Of a DNA stretch of 64,000 nucleotides, positions 48,480 through 58,150 are shown piece by piece (position 1 is the stretch's first letter; each line of letters opens with the position of its first letter). The stretch covers positions 88,421-152,420 of the forward strand of contig CALIBN010000007.1 of assembly GCA_938045545.1 (NCBI GenBank), written 5' to 3'. The notes under the pieces are model-generated. The model searched no databases. It was not told the DNA's origin and worked only from the letters and a program-made list of their open reading frames with translations. Made by a program: the position numbers and the translations under genes. The DNA is from an uncultured archaeon. Its GTDB lineage: Archaea; Thermoproteota; EX4484-205; JAAOZP01.

Positions 48480-51400
48480 ATGGACAGGCAAAGCAAGGTT
48501 GAGGATCTAAAGTTAAAGCTGGAGAACACTTATCGAAGACTGACTGACTATCGGTCTAAACTATCTTGGAAGTTCTTCCAAGGAGATGTAAAAGAAGCCC
48601 ATAGGATAGATTTTGACGATTCCTCGTGGGGGACTGTTTCACTGCCTTTTCAATGGGATCCTTCTCAAGGCGACGTGTGGCTGAGGTGTAAAATCAGGAT
48701 CCCGAATGAGATAGAGGGGATTAAAGTATCTGGCTCTAAGGTTGAGATGTATTCTTCAGCGATGATAACCGGCGGCGAGGTATATGTAGACTCTAAACTC
48801 GTCTTGAAGGAGGATTATTGGACTGACTTCCGGGGACCTAGGATAACTGTTGCGGAGGAAGCGAGACCCGGCAATGTCCACGTGGTGGCGATACACGCGT
48901 ATGAGAAAAGACCGTTTTCCAAGGGGGAGAAAAAAGGAGTGCCCCTGTTCCACATCGGGTATGACGTTGTTGACAATTTTGCATTTGAAATAGAGTCTTT
49001 TATTCAAGAGTTGAATTTTGCGCAAATCCTGCCCGGTGGGCTTGAAACATTAAACAGGGTTGTTGAAGAATTCAACTCCAGCGTTTTTTCACGTGATGCT
49101 GAAAGCATCCTGATGGAAATAGAGAAGGCACGGCAGAAACTAAAGGCCCTGTCTAAGCATGCTAAGGAGTTTAAGGTTCATCTTGTGGCGCATGCCCATA
49201 TAGACATGAATTGGCTCTGGCCTTGGGAGGACACCGTGAAAGTTATAGAGAGAGACTTCTCCACGATGGTGTCTCTAATGAATCAATATACGGATTTCCA
49301 TTTTTCTCAGAGTCAGGCAGCAACCTACAGAACTATGGAGGAGAAAAACCCTGCTCTATTCGAGAAAATGAGGGAGAAAATCCGTTCTGGAAACTGGGAT
49401 GTTACTGCTTCGATGTGGGTTGAGGCGGACCTGAACATGATAGGGGAGGAGACACTAGTAAGACAAATACTATATTCAAAGAGATACGTGATGGAGAAAT
49501 TCGGCTTCGAAACGAGAGTAGGATGGGAACCCGATACCTTCGGCCACGTCTGGACACTGCCGCAGGTGCTAAAGAAAGCTGGAGTGGATTACTATTATTT
49601 CATGAGGTGTGGAAGAGGGTATCCGATGTTCTACTGGGAGGGGCCGGATGGCTCAAGGTTGCTCGCTTTCAACAGTGTTTACAACAACATGGTTACTTCA
49701 AAGAACATAGTTGAAACAGCGAAACTCTTCCATGAGAAATACGGGTTAAAGACGAGTATGTTCGTCTACGGGGTTGGTGATCATGGTGGTGGCGCAACTA
49801 TTGAGGACATTAAGGCCGCGATGAAAATAAGGGAGAAACCTGCTCTTCCCGATTTAGTCTTCAGTTCAACGCACCAGTTTTTCGATAGGATTTCGAAAGA
49901 AAAACCGGAATTACCCGTAGTCAGGGATGAGCTTAACTTTACTTTCGACGGCTGCTATACGACTCACGCTGACATTAAGCGTTACAACAGGCTGTGCGAA
50001 AGATATTTGGTTGACGCTGAAAAGCTTTCAGCAATATCCGGAGACTATCCTCGAGAAAAACTCGAAGAGGCATGGAAGAAAACATTATTCAACCAGTTCC
50101 ACGACATTCTGGATGGGAGTGCGTTCCACGAGGCATACTCCTACTCCGGCCGCTTAGCTGAGGAGGTGCTTGCAACGGCAAGAGAAGCTTTAGACAAATC
50201 CATGATGAAGATAGTTGAAAGAATAGAGTTTTCTCGAGAAGGGTTAGCAATAGTCGTGTTCAATACTCTCGCTTGGGATAGAAAGGATGTTGCAAGAGTT
50301 AAAATACCTAGAGAAATGGTTCCGAGAAACCCGGTTGTTATGGATGTACGTGGAAATCGACACCCAGCTCAGATCGATGGCGACGAGCTTGTTTTCATCG
50401 CTGAAGTACCAAGTTTAGGCTACTCAACCTACTATCTTATCGAAGGAGAAGAAGAGCCTCATCAACAAGGATCACAGCAGGCAGTGCTTGAAAACGAGTT
50501 TTTCAAGATTGAATTAGACCAGAGTTCTGGAGCAATAAGGTCGGTTTACGATAAGAAAGCAGGCAGGTTTGTGGCAAAGGCTTTCAGACATGAGGCTACA
50601 CGGCCAGAGTTCAGCAACCTGTTTCAAGTTCTCCACGAGGCTCCTCACGAGATGTCAGCTTGGATAATAGGCCCCATAACTAGGGTTGAGAACCTGCTTA
50701 CCGGAGCAGAGGTAAAGCCGGTTGAGAAAGGCCCGGTGGTGTCGAAGATTAGGACCGTAAGAAGATATAGGAATTCAACGATAATCCAAGAAATAATGTT
50801 GTACACCGGAATTTCCAGGATTGATTTTAACACGATTATCGACTGGAGGGAAGTGTCTGACGCGTTCACTGATGCTCCCATGTTGAAAGTATCCTTTACA
50901 CCGATCCTAGGCCCGTCGACCGCAACTTTTGAAATACCGTTTGGAAGCATTTCGAGAACCCCTGACGGGAGGGAGTTCCCCGCTTTAAGATGGATTGACC
51001 TCTCAGACAAAGAGTATGGAGTAAGCCTGTTGAACGATTGCAAATACGGGTTTGACGTGTGCGGTAACACTATGAGGATGACGATAATTAGGACAAGCTA
51101 TAGTCCAGACCCAAACCCGGATCAGGGCCGACACGAACTTAAATACTCGTTGTATCCTCACACAGGTGATTGGAGAAAAGCCCTTTCCTTCAGAAAAGGA
51201 TACGAGCTTAATCATCCGCTTGAAGCACTTGTTACCACCGCCAAAGTATCGCAAGGAGATCTTCCGGAGGAAGCATCGTTCTTGAGAATAAAGCCTGAAA
51301 ACATAGTGTTGTCCTGTCTTAAACTGGCCGAAGACTCGAGTGACATTATAATTAGAATATATGATGCAACTGGAGATGGTGGCGAGGCGGATATCACTTT

Positions 51401-51545
51401 TGGTTTCCTGGTTACAGAGGCTGTTGAAAGCGATTTGCTTGAAAGAAGCTTGAGGAAGCTTAATGTTCAAGACAAAACGTTCAAAGTCCAACTTGGCCCG
51501 TGGGAAATAAAAACGTTCAGGTTAAAGAAGACAGGCCAGTGTTGA
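48480..51545 (+). CDS. GH38 alpha-mannosidase with N-terminal sugar-binding-like domain
   Basis: FDDSSWGTV, HAHIDMNWLWP, WEPDTFGH, GVGDHGGG, NQFHDILDGS, LLNDCKYG. Confidence 0.93.
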   Translation: MDRQSKVEDLKLKLENTYRRLTDYRSKLSWKFFQGDVKEAHRIDFDDSSWGTVSLPFQWDPSQGDVWLRCKIRIPNEIEGIKVSGSKVEMYSSAMITGGEVYVDSKLVLKEDYWTDFRGPRITVAEEARPGNVHVVAIHAYEKRPFSKGEKKGVPLFHIGYDVVDNFAFEIESFIQELNFAQILPGGLETLNRVVEEFNSSVFSRDAESILMEIEKARQKLKALSKHAKEFKVHLVAHAHIDMNWLWPWEDTVKVIERDFSTMVSLMNQYTDFHFSQSQAATYRTMEEKNPALFEKMREKIRSGNWDVTASMWVEADLNMIGEETLVRQILYSKRYVMEKFGFETRVGWEPDTFGHVWTLPQVLKKAGVDYYYFMRCGRGYPMFYWEGPDGSRLLAFNSVYNNMVTSKNIVETAKLFHEKYGLKTSMFVYGVGDHGGGATIEDIKAAMKIREKPALPDLVFSSTHQFFDRISKEKPELPVVRDELNFTFDGCYTTHADIKRYNRLCERYLVDAEKLSAISGDYPREKLEEAWKKTLFNQFHDILDGSAFHEAYSYSGRLAEEVLATAREALDKSMMKIVERIEFSREGLAIVVFNTLAWDRKDVARVKIPREMVPRNPVVMDVRGNRHPAQIDGDELVFIAEVPSLGYSTYYLIEGEEEPHQQGSQQAVLENEFFKIELDQSSGAIRSVYDKKAGRFVAKAFRHEATRPEFSNLFQVLHEAPHEMSAWIIGPITRVENLLTGAEVKPVEKGPVVSKIRTVRRYRNSTIIQEIMLYTGISRIDFNTIIDWREVSDAFTDAPMLKVSFTPILGPSTATFEIPFGSISRTPDGREFPALRWIDLSDKEYGVSLLNDCKYGFDVCGNTMRMTIIRTSYSPDPNPDQGRHELKYSLYPHTGDWRKALSFRKGYELNHPLEALVTTAKVSQGDLPEEASFLRIKPENIVLSCLKLAEDSSDIIIRIYDATGDGGEADITFGFLVTEAVESDLLERSLRKLNVQDKTFKVQLGPWEIKTFRLKKTGQC

Positions 51546-51603
51546 AGCTCATCGGAGAGAATAGAAGATTTATATTCATTCTCTTTTTATTTAATGGTTT
51601 ACG

Positions 51604-52710
51604 TTGAACGACAGTAAAAGAATACTAGCAGTCTTTGAAGGCAAGCAGATTGACAGAGTTCCTTGGAATATAAGGCATGAATTTTGGTATTATGTGGCAA
51701 GGGCAAGTGGAAGGCTGCCGCCGAAGTATAAGGATAAGAGCCTTGCAGAAGTTTGTAAAGATCTAGGAGCAAGCTGGAGGTGCTACTCGGGGTATTTTGT
51801 GAAAAACGCTGTCGAGGTTACGTATGAGAATGATGTTAAATTCAATGTGGAGAGAAGTGGAAACCTCATTAGGACAACAATTAATACTCCGGTGGGCTCG
51901 CTTCGGCAGGTGGCTAAAACCGATGAATGGGGCCTTTCTTCAAGGATAGAAGAATATTTTTTGAAAAGTATTGAAGATTTCAAAGCTCTCTCCTACATGC
52001 TGGATAGTGCAAGAGTCAGGTTCAACCAGCAAGTTTACGATGAACTGGAGAGAGAATTGAAGGGACAGGGAATAGTTATGTTTTTCTTTCCTCGCTCATC
52101 CCTCCAAGCTCTAATCCTGGACTATATGGGTTTCACCAGAACTATGAGATTCCTCTATATTGAGAGACAGCATAGGCTTGAGGAAATCATGAATGCAATA
52201 GAAAGGTATAACGATAAGTTTTTCGAGATTATGAGCAGTTCTCCAATTAAAATATTCAATCTGGGCGAAAATATTGACGTGAGGATGACATCGCCAAAAT
52301 TATTCGAGAAATTCTGCTTGCCGGTTTACCAGAGGAGATGCGAATACTTACATAAAAGAGGAAAGTACGTTCACATACATGTGGATGGTTATGCGAAACC
52401 CCTGCTTCCACTCTTACGTATTTCCGGGGTGGACGGGATTGAAGCCTTAACACCAGAACCTGTTGGAGATATGAGCATTGAAGACATTGTGATGCAGCTT
52501 AAAGATGAAATCGTTGTTCTGGATGGCATACCTTTCCTATTTTTCTTACCGAGTATACCATATGAAACATTGGAGAAATTCGTAAAGAAAATTGTTAACA
52601 TTATTCCAAGACTGGTATTAGGCATATCTGATGAGCTTCCTCCTCCGGCAGATGTTGAGAGAGTAAGAAGGGTTTCAAAACTGCTTGATGAACTCAGTTC
52701 ACGAAAGTAG
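51604..52710 (+). CDS. URO-D superfamily protein
   Basis: RILAVFEGKQIDRVP, TPVGSL, GENID..TSP, HVDG, EALTPEPVGD, LGISDELPP. Confidence 0.82.
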   Translation: MNDSKRILAVFEGKQIDRVPWNIRHEFWYYVARASGRLPPKYKDKSLAEVCKDLGASWRCYSGYFVKNAVEVTYENDVKFNVERSGNLIRTTINTPVGSLRQVAKTDEWGLSSRIEEYFLKSIEDFKALSYMLDSARVRFNQQVYDELERELKGQGIVMFFFPRSSLQALILDYMGFTRTMRFLYIERQHRLEEIMNAIERYNDKFFEIMSSSPIKIFNLGENIDVRMTSPKLFEKFCLPVYQRRCEYLHKRGKYVHIHVDGYAKPLLPLLRISGVDGIEALTPEPVGDMSIEDIVMQLKDEIVVLDGIPFLFFLPSIPYETLEKFVKKIVNIIPRLVLGISDELPPPADVERVRRVSKLLDELSSRK

Positions 52711-52787
52711 GTACATGCTACTTTAACGTCAGTTTCTTACCGACAAACCTTTTAAACTTAAATGTCGTAAACCAAACCTGACAGAAA

Positions 52788-54257
52788 ATGAAACAGTACC
52801 AGATAATAATTTCAAGATCTGAGTATTGGGATAAGGTCTATGCTTGCTGGCTCGGAAAGAATATTGGAGGAACCCTGGGCGCACCATTCGAAGGAAAGAA
52901 GTTTGTTAATGACCTTGATTTCTACGCAACGCTTGTGAGCGAGGCCGCTCCGAACGACGATCTTGACTTTCAACTGGTCTGGCTGAAGATGCTTGAGGAC
53001 TGGGGGATTAATATTAAGCTTGAAAAGCTTGCAGAGTATTGGCTTAAGCATCTCTCGGCATACCCTTGGAACGAGTACGGGTTCTGCCAGAGGAACCTTA
53101 GAAGGGGTCTTCTACCCCCAGTTTCAGGATGTTTTGAAAACTATTATGTCGACGAGATGGGTTCGCCTATAAGAAGCGAGATATGGGCCTGCATTGCCCC
53201 AGGTAACCCGCAGCTCGCAGCCTCGTATGCTTGGAAGGACTCCTGCTTGGACCACTCTGGCGGTGAAGGTATGTATGGCGAGATGTTTTGGGCAGCTGTA
53301 GAGAGCGCAGCCTTCGTTATAAGTGATGTCGAGACACTTATAAGGATAGGTTTAAACATGATTCCATTGCATTCTCAGATCTCGAGAGTTATTAGGGAGG
53401 CTTTATGGTGTTATAAGAATAACGTGAGGTGGGCTGAAGCCAGGGAAAGGATAGTACAGTGGTATGGGCATAATAGTGCTTGCCACGCCGTCCAAAACCA
53501 TGGGTTCACTATACTGGGCCTGCTATACGGTAGGGATTTCGGCGACAAGCTTTGCAAGGCTGTGAACTGCGGTTACGATACTGATTGCACTGGAGCAACC
53601 CTCGGCTCACTTCTAGGAATGCTTCTTGGGACGAAAGGTATTCCAGACGAGTGGAAAAAGGGGGTTGGCGAGAAGATAGTTCTTCACAAGTACACTAGGC
53701 TGGATGATGCACCTAAAACAATAGCTGAGCTAACGGATAGGGTGATGACTGTTGCAGAAAAAGTCCTGGAGGAAAACCCAGGAGTCAAATTTGGAGAGCA
53801 TACAGTGATTCCTGAAAACTGCGTGACGTTGCTGATGAGAAACGAGCTGGCAGTGAGCCTCTTGAAAAACGATGTTCAATCCTCTGTGAGAAGTGTTGGC
53901 GACTATGAGGTTTGGCTGCATTATAATGGTGAGCCAGTCATATACCCAGGTGTTGGGAAAACCTTGGGCGTGAGAGTTTTAAAGGACAATAGGGAAGTCG
54001 ATTTGGAAGTCAGTCTGAGGGTTCCGCCAGATTGGAGAGTATTAGAGTTAGAAAGCATATTTGGCCATAAGCGTTTTCTGGTTGAAGCGTCTAGAGTCGA
54101 AGAAACTAACAAGCTTAGCGTCGAGTTTGAAAACAGTGCGGCGCAATTTATAATCCTAGGACCCGGGGAGGCTAGGGGGTATCCGAGTGGGCAAAACGTA
54201 CCCGCATGTCCCACCTGCCACGGTTACAAAGGTCACTGCCTATGTGTGAAAGAATAG
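52788..54257 (+). CDS. ADP-ribosylglycohydrolase (ARH/DraG) family protein with C-terminal beta domain and Cys-rich tail
   Basis: GKNIGGTLGAPFEG, NDDLD, MGSPIRSE, GYDTDCTGAT; tail CPTCHGYKGHCLC. Confidence 0.85.
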   Translation: MKQYQIIISRSEYWDKVYACWLGKNIGGTLGAPFEGKKFVNDLDFYATLVSEAAPNDDLDFQLVWLKMLEDWGINIKLEKLAEYWLKHLSAYPWNEYGFCQRNLRRGLLPPVSGCFENYYVDEMGSPIRSEIWACIAPGNPQLAASYAWKDSCLDHSGGEGMYGEMFWAAVESAAFVISDVETLIRIGLNMIPLHSQISRVIREALWCYKNNVRWAEARERIVQWYGHNSACHAVQNHGFTILGLLYGRDFGDKLCKAVNCGYDTDCTGATLGSLLGMLLGTKGIPDEWKKGVGEKIVLHKYTRLDDAPKTIAELTDRVMTVAEKVLEENPGVKFGEHTVIPENCVTLLMRNELAVSLLKNDVQSSVRSVGDYEVWLHYNGEPVIYPGVGKTLGVRVLKDNREVDLEVSLRVPPDWRVLELESIFGHKRFLVEASRVEETNKLSVEFENSAAQFIILGPGEARGYPSGQNVPACPTCHGYKGHCLCVKE

Positions 54258-54283
54258 AATCATCGGATTTGAAACGGCAAGTA

Positions 54284-55018
54284 TTACTTACATGTTTTTA
54301 TCAAGTATTCTAATAGTTTCGCGGTTTCATTAGCGAAAACTGTTCTTAACAGACCCTCGGCATCCCCAAGGGCTTCCTCAACAGTCGGATCATACAATAT
54401 TTCCCCCAGAAACTGGACGTTAAGCTTCAGAGATTCCTGTTGAATAACGCTTGGCCCTGTTTTCATATTTTCGACAATACCCACTATCGGTACGTTAAGT
54501 TCCTTCAGCATACCTACTAGTTTCTTAACTGTTTCAAAAGCTAGTGGAGAGGAGGTCGTAACCAATAGAAAACTCGGCCTCTTCATTAAACGTATGACGT
54601 CTAGCGTAGCATCCCCGATTCCAGGCGGCATGTCTAACAATAGGAAATCCAAGTCACCCCAGTTTGTAATGGAGAGCAGCTCGATGAACGCGTTTGAAAA
54701 ATCCGTTCCCCTAAGAGGTGTTGCACGGCTGCTTGAATAGTAGATTATGGACATGTATCTTAAGCCGTTGACGATAGGCGGGATAATTCCCTTGTCTTCC
54801 ACGGGGTGGGCTTCCTTAAGACCTAGAATAATGTGCGTAGAAGGGCTTGTAAAATCCAGGTCGAATAATCCAACCCTGTAACCCTTTCTAACCAGGATTA
54901 ACGCGAGTGTCGAAGCTAACAGGCTCTTACCGACACCGCCTTTGCCGCTTGAAACAGCAATAATCCGTCTCACCCCTCTCATTCTTTCCTCAATAATGCT
55001 TATCCTCGGGTCAACCAT
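54284..55018 (-). CDS. hypB: Mrp/MinD-type ATPase HypB (Thermococcales-type nickel-insertion ATPase)
   Basis: DPR N-terminus, SGKGGVGKS, DMPPG; VENMK lacks the CxxC of Mrp/Nbp35; overlaps hypA. Confidence 0.75.
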   Translation of the reverse strand: MVDPRISIIEERMRGVRRIIAVSSGKGGVGKSLLASTLALILVRKGYRVGLFDLDFTSPSTHIILGLKEAHPVEDKGIIPPIVNGLRYMSIIYYSSSRATPLRGTDFSNAFIELLSITNWGDLDFLLLDMPPGIGDATLDVIRLMKRPSFLLVTTSSPLAFETVKKLVGMLKELNVPIVGIVENMKTGPSVIQQESLKLNVQFLGEILYDPTVEEALGDAEGLLRTVFANETAKLLEYLIKTCK

Positions 55019-55418
55019 TCTTCTCCAACCCCTTTATGCTCTCAATCCAAACGCCCCTGCCCCCAACTATCTCGAAATCCGGGCTTCCACATTCAGGACA
55101 CTTAACATAAGCGTGAGAAACCTCTGGAAGAAAGTGTATCGCTTCCAGCACGTCCTCCGCAAGCTCATCCCTTTGGAAAAACCATTTGAAACCGCAAACC
55201 CTACATTTCAACTCTGTTTTACCAACCTCTATTATAAACTTCGTATCCTTTAATTCAATCGGTTTCAACTGTTCTAAGGCTGTTCTAAATATGTCATGCT
55301 CCACCTGCTGCATTTCGCCAACTTTAATTTTAACTTCAATAATCTTCTCAATCCCTTTTTCCTCAACTATTCTTAGGATCGTTTTCACCACCGATTCGGC
55401 TAATGCCCATTCATGCAT
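55011..55418 (-). CDS. hypA: Hydrogenase nickel metallochaperone HypA
   Basis: MHE Ni motif; CRVC and CPEC Zn finger; G.GVWIESI. Confidence 0.95.
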   Translation of the reverse strand: MHEWALAESVVKTILRIVEEKGIEKIIEVKIKVGEMQQVEHDIFRTALEQLKPIELKDTKFIIEVGKTELKCRVCGFKWFFQRDELAEDVLEAIHFLPEVSHAYVKCPECGSPDFEIVGGRGVWIESIKGLEKNG

Positions 55419-55759
55419 TAACGCTTATAGCGGTGACGCAGCTTAAAAACGTTTCAAAAATCAAGGGATAAAAATAATAAGTATTGCTAAAACTTTCTCT
55501 ATGACAAATATTTTGCAACATCCTGAATCAGCTTACTGTATTCACTATAATCATGTTTGCACGATGAATGAACCACTCTCTCTGAATCACTTCATAAAGC
55601 TTCTTTAAACAGCTAGCACCATCATACAGACCCTTGCCTAGGTTCAGATCCTTTGAATATTCATCCGTGAGAGGTGACATAACCAAGTTCTATAGACACG
55701 TTTCACAGAACAGCTTTTTCTTACTTTTTCCATATGTAGAGGTTTTATTACGGGCATTT

Positions 55760-56902
55760 TCAGAAGCCTTGCTGATTGCTAAGCTTTTTTCTCTTAGCAT
55801 AATTTATCATGTGAATAAAATTCTCTACGTTACTGTTGAGAGCGACGCTTGCTGAAGCTGAAAGAATGTAGCCCTCCCTGCCTCCTTCTCTTAAGCATCT
55901 TTCAACCTCTTTCTCCACATCCTGTTTAGCCCCATGCTCTATTATTCTAGGGTCAACATTTCCAACTAGACAGATTTTGTCTCCGAATTTTTCCTTAACC
56001 TCCCTCATCCTCATACCGGCTATCACGTCGATACATTGGTAAGCGTCTATCCCGGTGTCAACTATTTCCTGTAAGATGGGCATGATGTAACCGTCTGAGT
56101 GAAGAACTACAAACGCACCCTTCTTCTTGAAAGCATAAACCTCCCTTTTCAACGCAGGTTTAACAAATTTCCTGAACATTGCTGGGGACATCCATGGGCC
56201 ATTCTGATTCCCGTAGTCGACACAGAGCTGAATCGCATCAGCACCTTCATCTATTGCCCACCTCCCATATTCGATCGCTATGTCAGTATTATGGTTGATT
56301 AAGGCCTCGACGGCGTCTGGCCTCTTGTAAATCCATATCAAGACGTGTTTAAGCAGATTAGGGTTCGACACTATTGGCTCCCATGTTCCATCGGCGTCGA
56401 AAGACAAGAATATGTCTCCCTTAACCTTGGCAACGAGTTTCCTAAGAACTTCAAACACTAGTGGATCTACTTCAATACTGCTGTTTCTGCACGTCCTAAT
56501 CACTTCATCGGGGTCATATGTTTCCGGTTCGCTTAGATTCCAAAGGGTTTCGCCAGACCACAAGTATGTTTTTCCATCTACTTGCCACTTGTGCTCCCCG
56601 ATCCTCTTAACCTCCCTAGGTATACTGCTGTAGGCTTTTACCACCCGGATCCAGTCTATTCCGATTTTCATATACAGGCTTAGAAGCTCTTCTGCGATTT
56701 GCCCATTAACCTTGTCTAAATCAACCCCTTTCTTGGAAGCAACCAGGTTAAAAAAGGCTTCAGGATTATGAACCATAATCTCACTAGGGTTTTTACACAG
56801 TACTGTTGAAAATATTTTCAATGAAGGATGTAGCTCATACGTCGGAATCCTATCCGGGGTTGAAATCTGCATAGCGGTCACTACTCTTTCCCAGGAGTTC
56901 AT
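55760..56902 (-). CDS. URO-D superfamily protein
   Basis: ERVVTAMQISTPDRIP, DYGNQNGPWMSP, HSDG, ICLVGNVD. Confidence 0.88.
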   Translation of the reverse strand: MNSWERVVTAMQISTPDRIPTYELHPSLKIFSTVLCKNPSEIMVHNPEAFFNLVASKKGVDLDKVNGQIAEELLSLYMKIGIDWIRVVKAYSSIPREVKRIGEHKWQVDGKTYLWSGETLWNLSEPETYDPDEVIRTCRNSSIEVDPLVFEVLRKLVAKVKGDIFLSFDADGTWEPIVSNPNLLKHVLIWIYKRPDAVEALINHNTDIAIEYGRWAIDEGADAIQLCVDYGNQNGPWMSPAMFRKFVKPALKREVYAFKKKGAFVVLHSDGYIMPILQEIVDTGIDAYQCIDVIAGMRMREVKEKFGDKICLVGNVDPRIIEHGAKQDVEKEVERCLREGGREGYILSASASVALNSNVENFIHMINYAKRKKLSNQQGF

Positions 56903-56974
56903 CGAGTAAGGCTGAACACAAGCCTATAAAAAACTAGTGTTCTTATAGTAAGGAGTAAGGCTTAAATATGATGC

Positions 56975-58144
56975 TTGGTTCTGGCAAACATGCTTCATGG
57001 CTGCAACGATTTCGAGCAGCATAACAAGACGGTTTTAAGCCTTTGGAAGGATTTCAAAGCTAACAAGCATAAGAGGATCCCTGTCAGCTGGGGGGTGAAC
57101 AATAGAATGATTGTCCTGAATAAGGAGCGAAATGTGAAGAACTATACCTATGAAAAGATTTTTAACGACCCGGAAACCATGCTGCAGGTTGAGCTTGAAT
57201 TTGAATACTGGAGGAGACATAATGTTTACGCCGATTGGGAGATGGGTTTGCCTGAAGATTGGCCCCTCTCAGTGCATTTTCAAAACGTTTATGAATCAGC
57301 ATGGTTCGGAGCGCCCCTCTACTTCTCCGCTAATAGTGTTCCAGACATAGCCCCTTTTCTTAAAAACGAGGATGATATAAGAGCGTTCATGAAAAAGGGC
57401 AAGCCAGAACCTTTCTCCGGCTTCATGGCTAGGGTAAAAAACTTCTACGAGTACTTCTTGAAGAGAAAAGAAGAAGGCTATAGCTACTTTGGAAGGCCCA
57501 TTGGAAAAATTTCTGCCCCAATCGGGACAGATGGGCCCTTCACCATAGCTACTAACATAACAGGCGGTTACGTGGTTAAACTTCTCTATCTAAACAGGGA
57601 TTTGGCAGAAGAATTTCTCTGGTTTATAACCGAATCTATAATCGATAGGATGAAGGCCTGGCATAGGCTACTTAAAGTCTCCTTTCCCTATGAGGGTTTC
57701 GGGTTTGCAGACGACTCTATTCAGCTTCTCTCTCCTAAAGCCTATAAGGAGTTTGTCCTCCCCCTGCACAAAAAGATAGTCAACACCTTTTGTTCTGGTA
57801 GACCAAGCGTACACTTATGCGGAGCAATCATACAACATCTGAAAACTCTGAAGGAGGAGCTAAATATTTCCTCGATCGATACCGGTTTTCCACTTGACCT
57901 CGGCAGGGCTAGAGAGATACTCGGGGAAGACGTGATAATACAGGGAGGCGTGAAGGTTACAACCCTCGAATATGGTCCCTTAAGCAAGATTGAAGAAGAG
58001 GTTAGAAGCATACTGAGTTCCGGGGTTACAAAAGGAAAAAGGTTTATCTTTAGGGATGCGAATAACGTTTCTCCAAACACTTCCGTAGAACATCTCAACT
58101 TCACCTACTGGTTGGTGAGAAGAATCGGCCTTTATGAGGAATGA
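56975..58144 (+). CDS. URO-D superfamily protein
   Basis: GTDGPFTIA, FADDSIQLLSP, HLCG, IQGGV, DANNVSPNT. Confidence 0.82.
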   Translation: MVLANMLHGCNDFEQHNKTVLSLWKDFKANKHKRIPVSWGVNNRMIVLNKERNVKNYTYEKIFNDPETMLQVELEFEYWRRHNVYADWEMGLPEDWPLSVHFQNVYESAWFGAPLYFSANSVPDIAPFLKNEDDIRAFMKKGKPEPFSGFMARVKNFYEYFLKRKEEGYSYFGRPIGKISAPIGTDGPFTIATNITGGYVVKLLYLNRDLAEEFLWFITESIIDRMKAWHRLLKVSFPYEGFGFADDSIQLLSPKAYKEFVLPLHKKIVNTFCSGRPSVHLCGAIIQHLKTLKEELNISSIDTGFPLDLGRAREILGEDVIIQGGVKVTTLEYGPLSKIEEEVRSILSSGVTKGKRFIFRDANNVSPNTSVEHLNFTYWLVRRIGLYEE

Positions 58145-58150
58145 AGCTGA

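Noticed and set aside
54200-54257. CxxCH (CPTCH) as a c-type heme site
   Set aside because: The protein has no signal peptide and additional Cys residues follow; a Zn-binding tail is more plausible.
55419-55759. Intergenic stretch upstream of hypA, possible riboswitch or small gene
   Set aside because: Only a TATA-like element is evident; nothing else is supportable without a covariance search.
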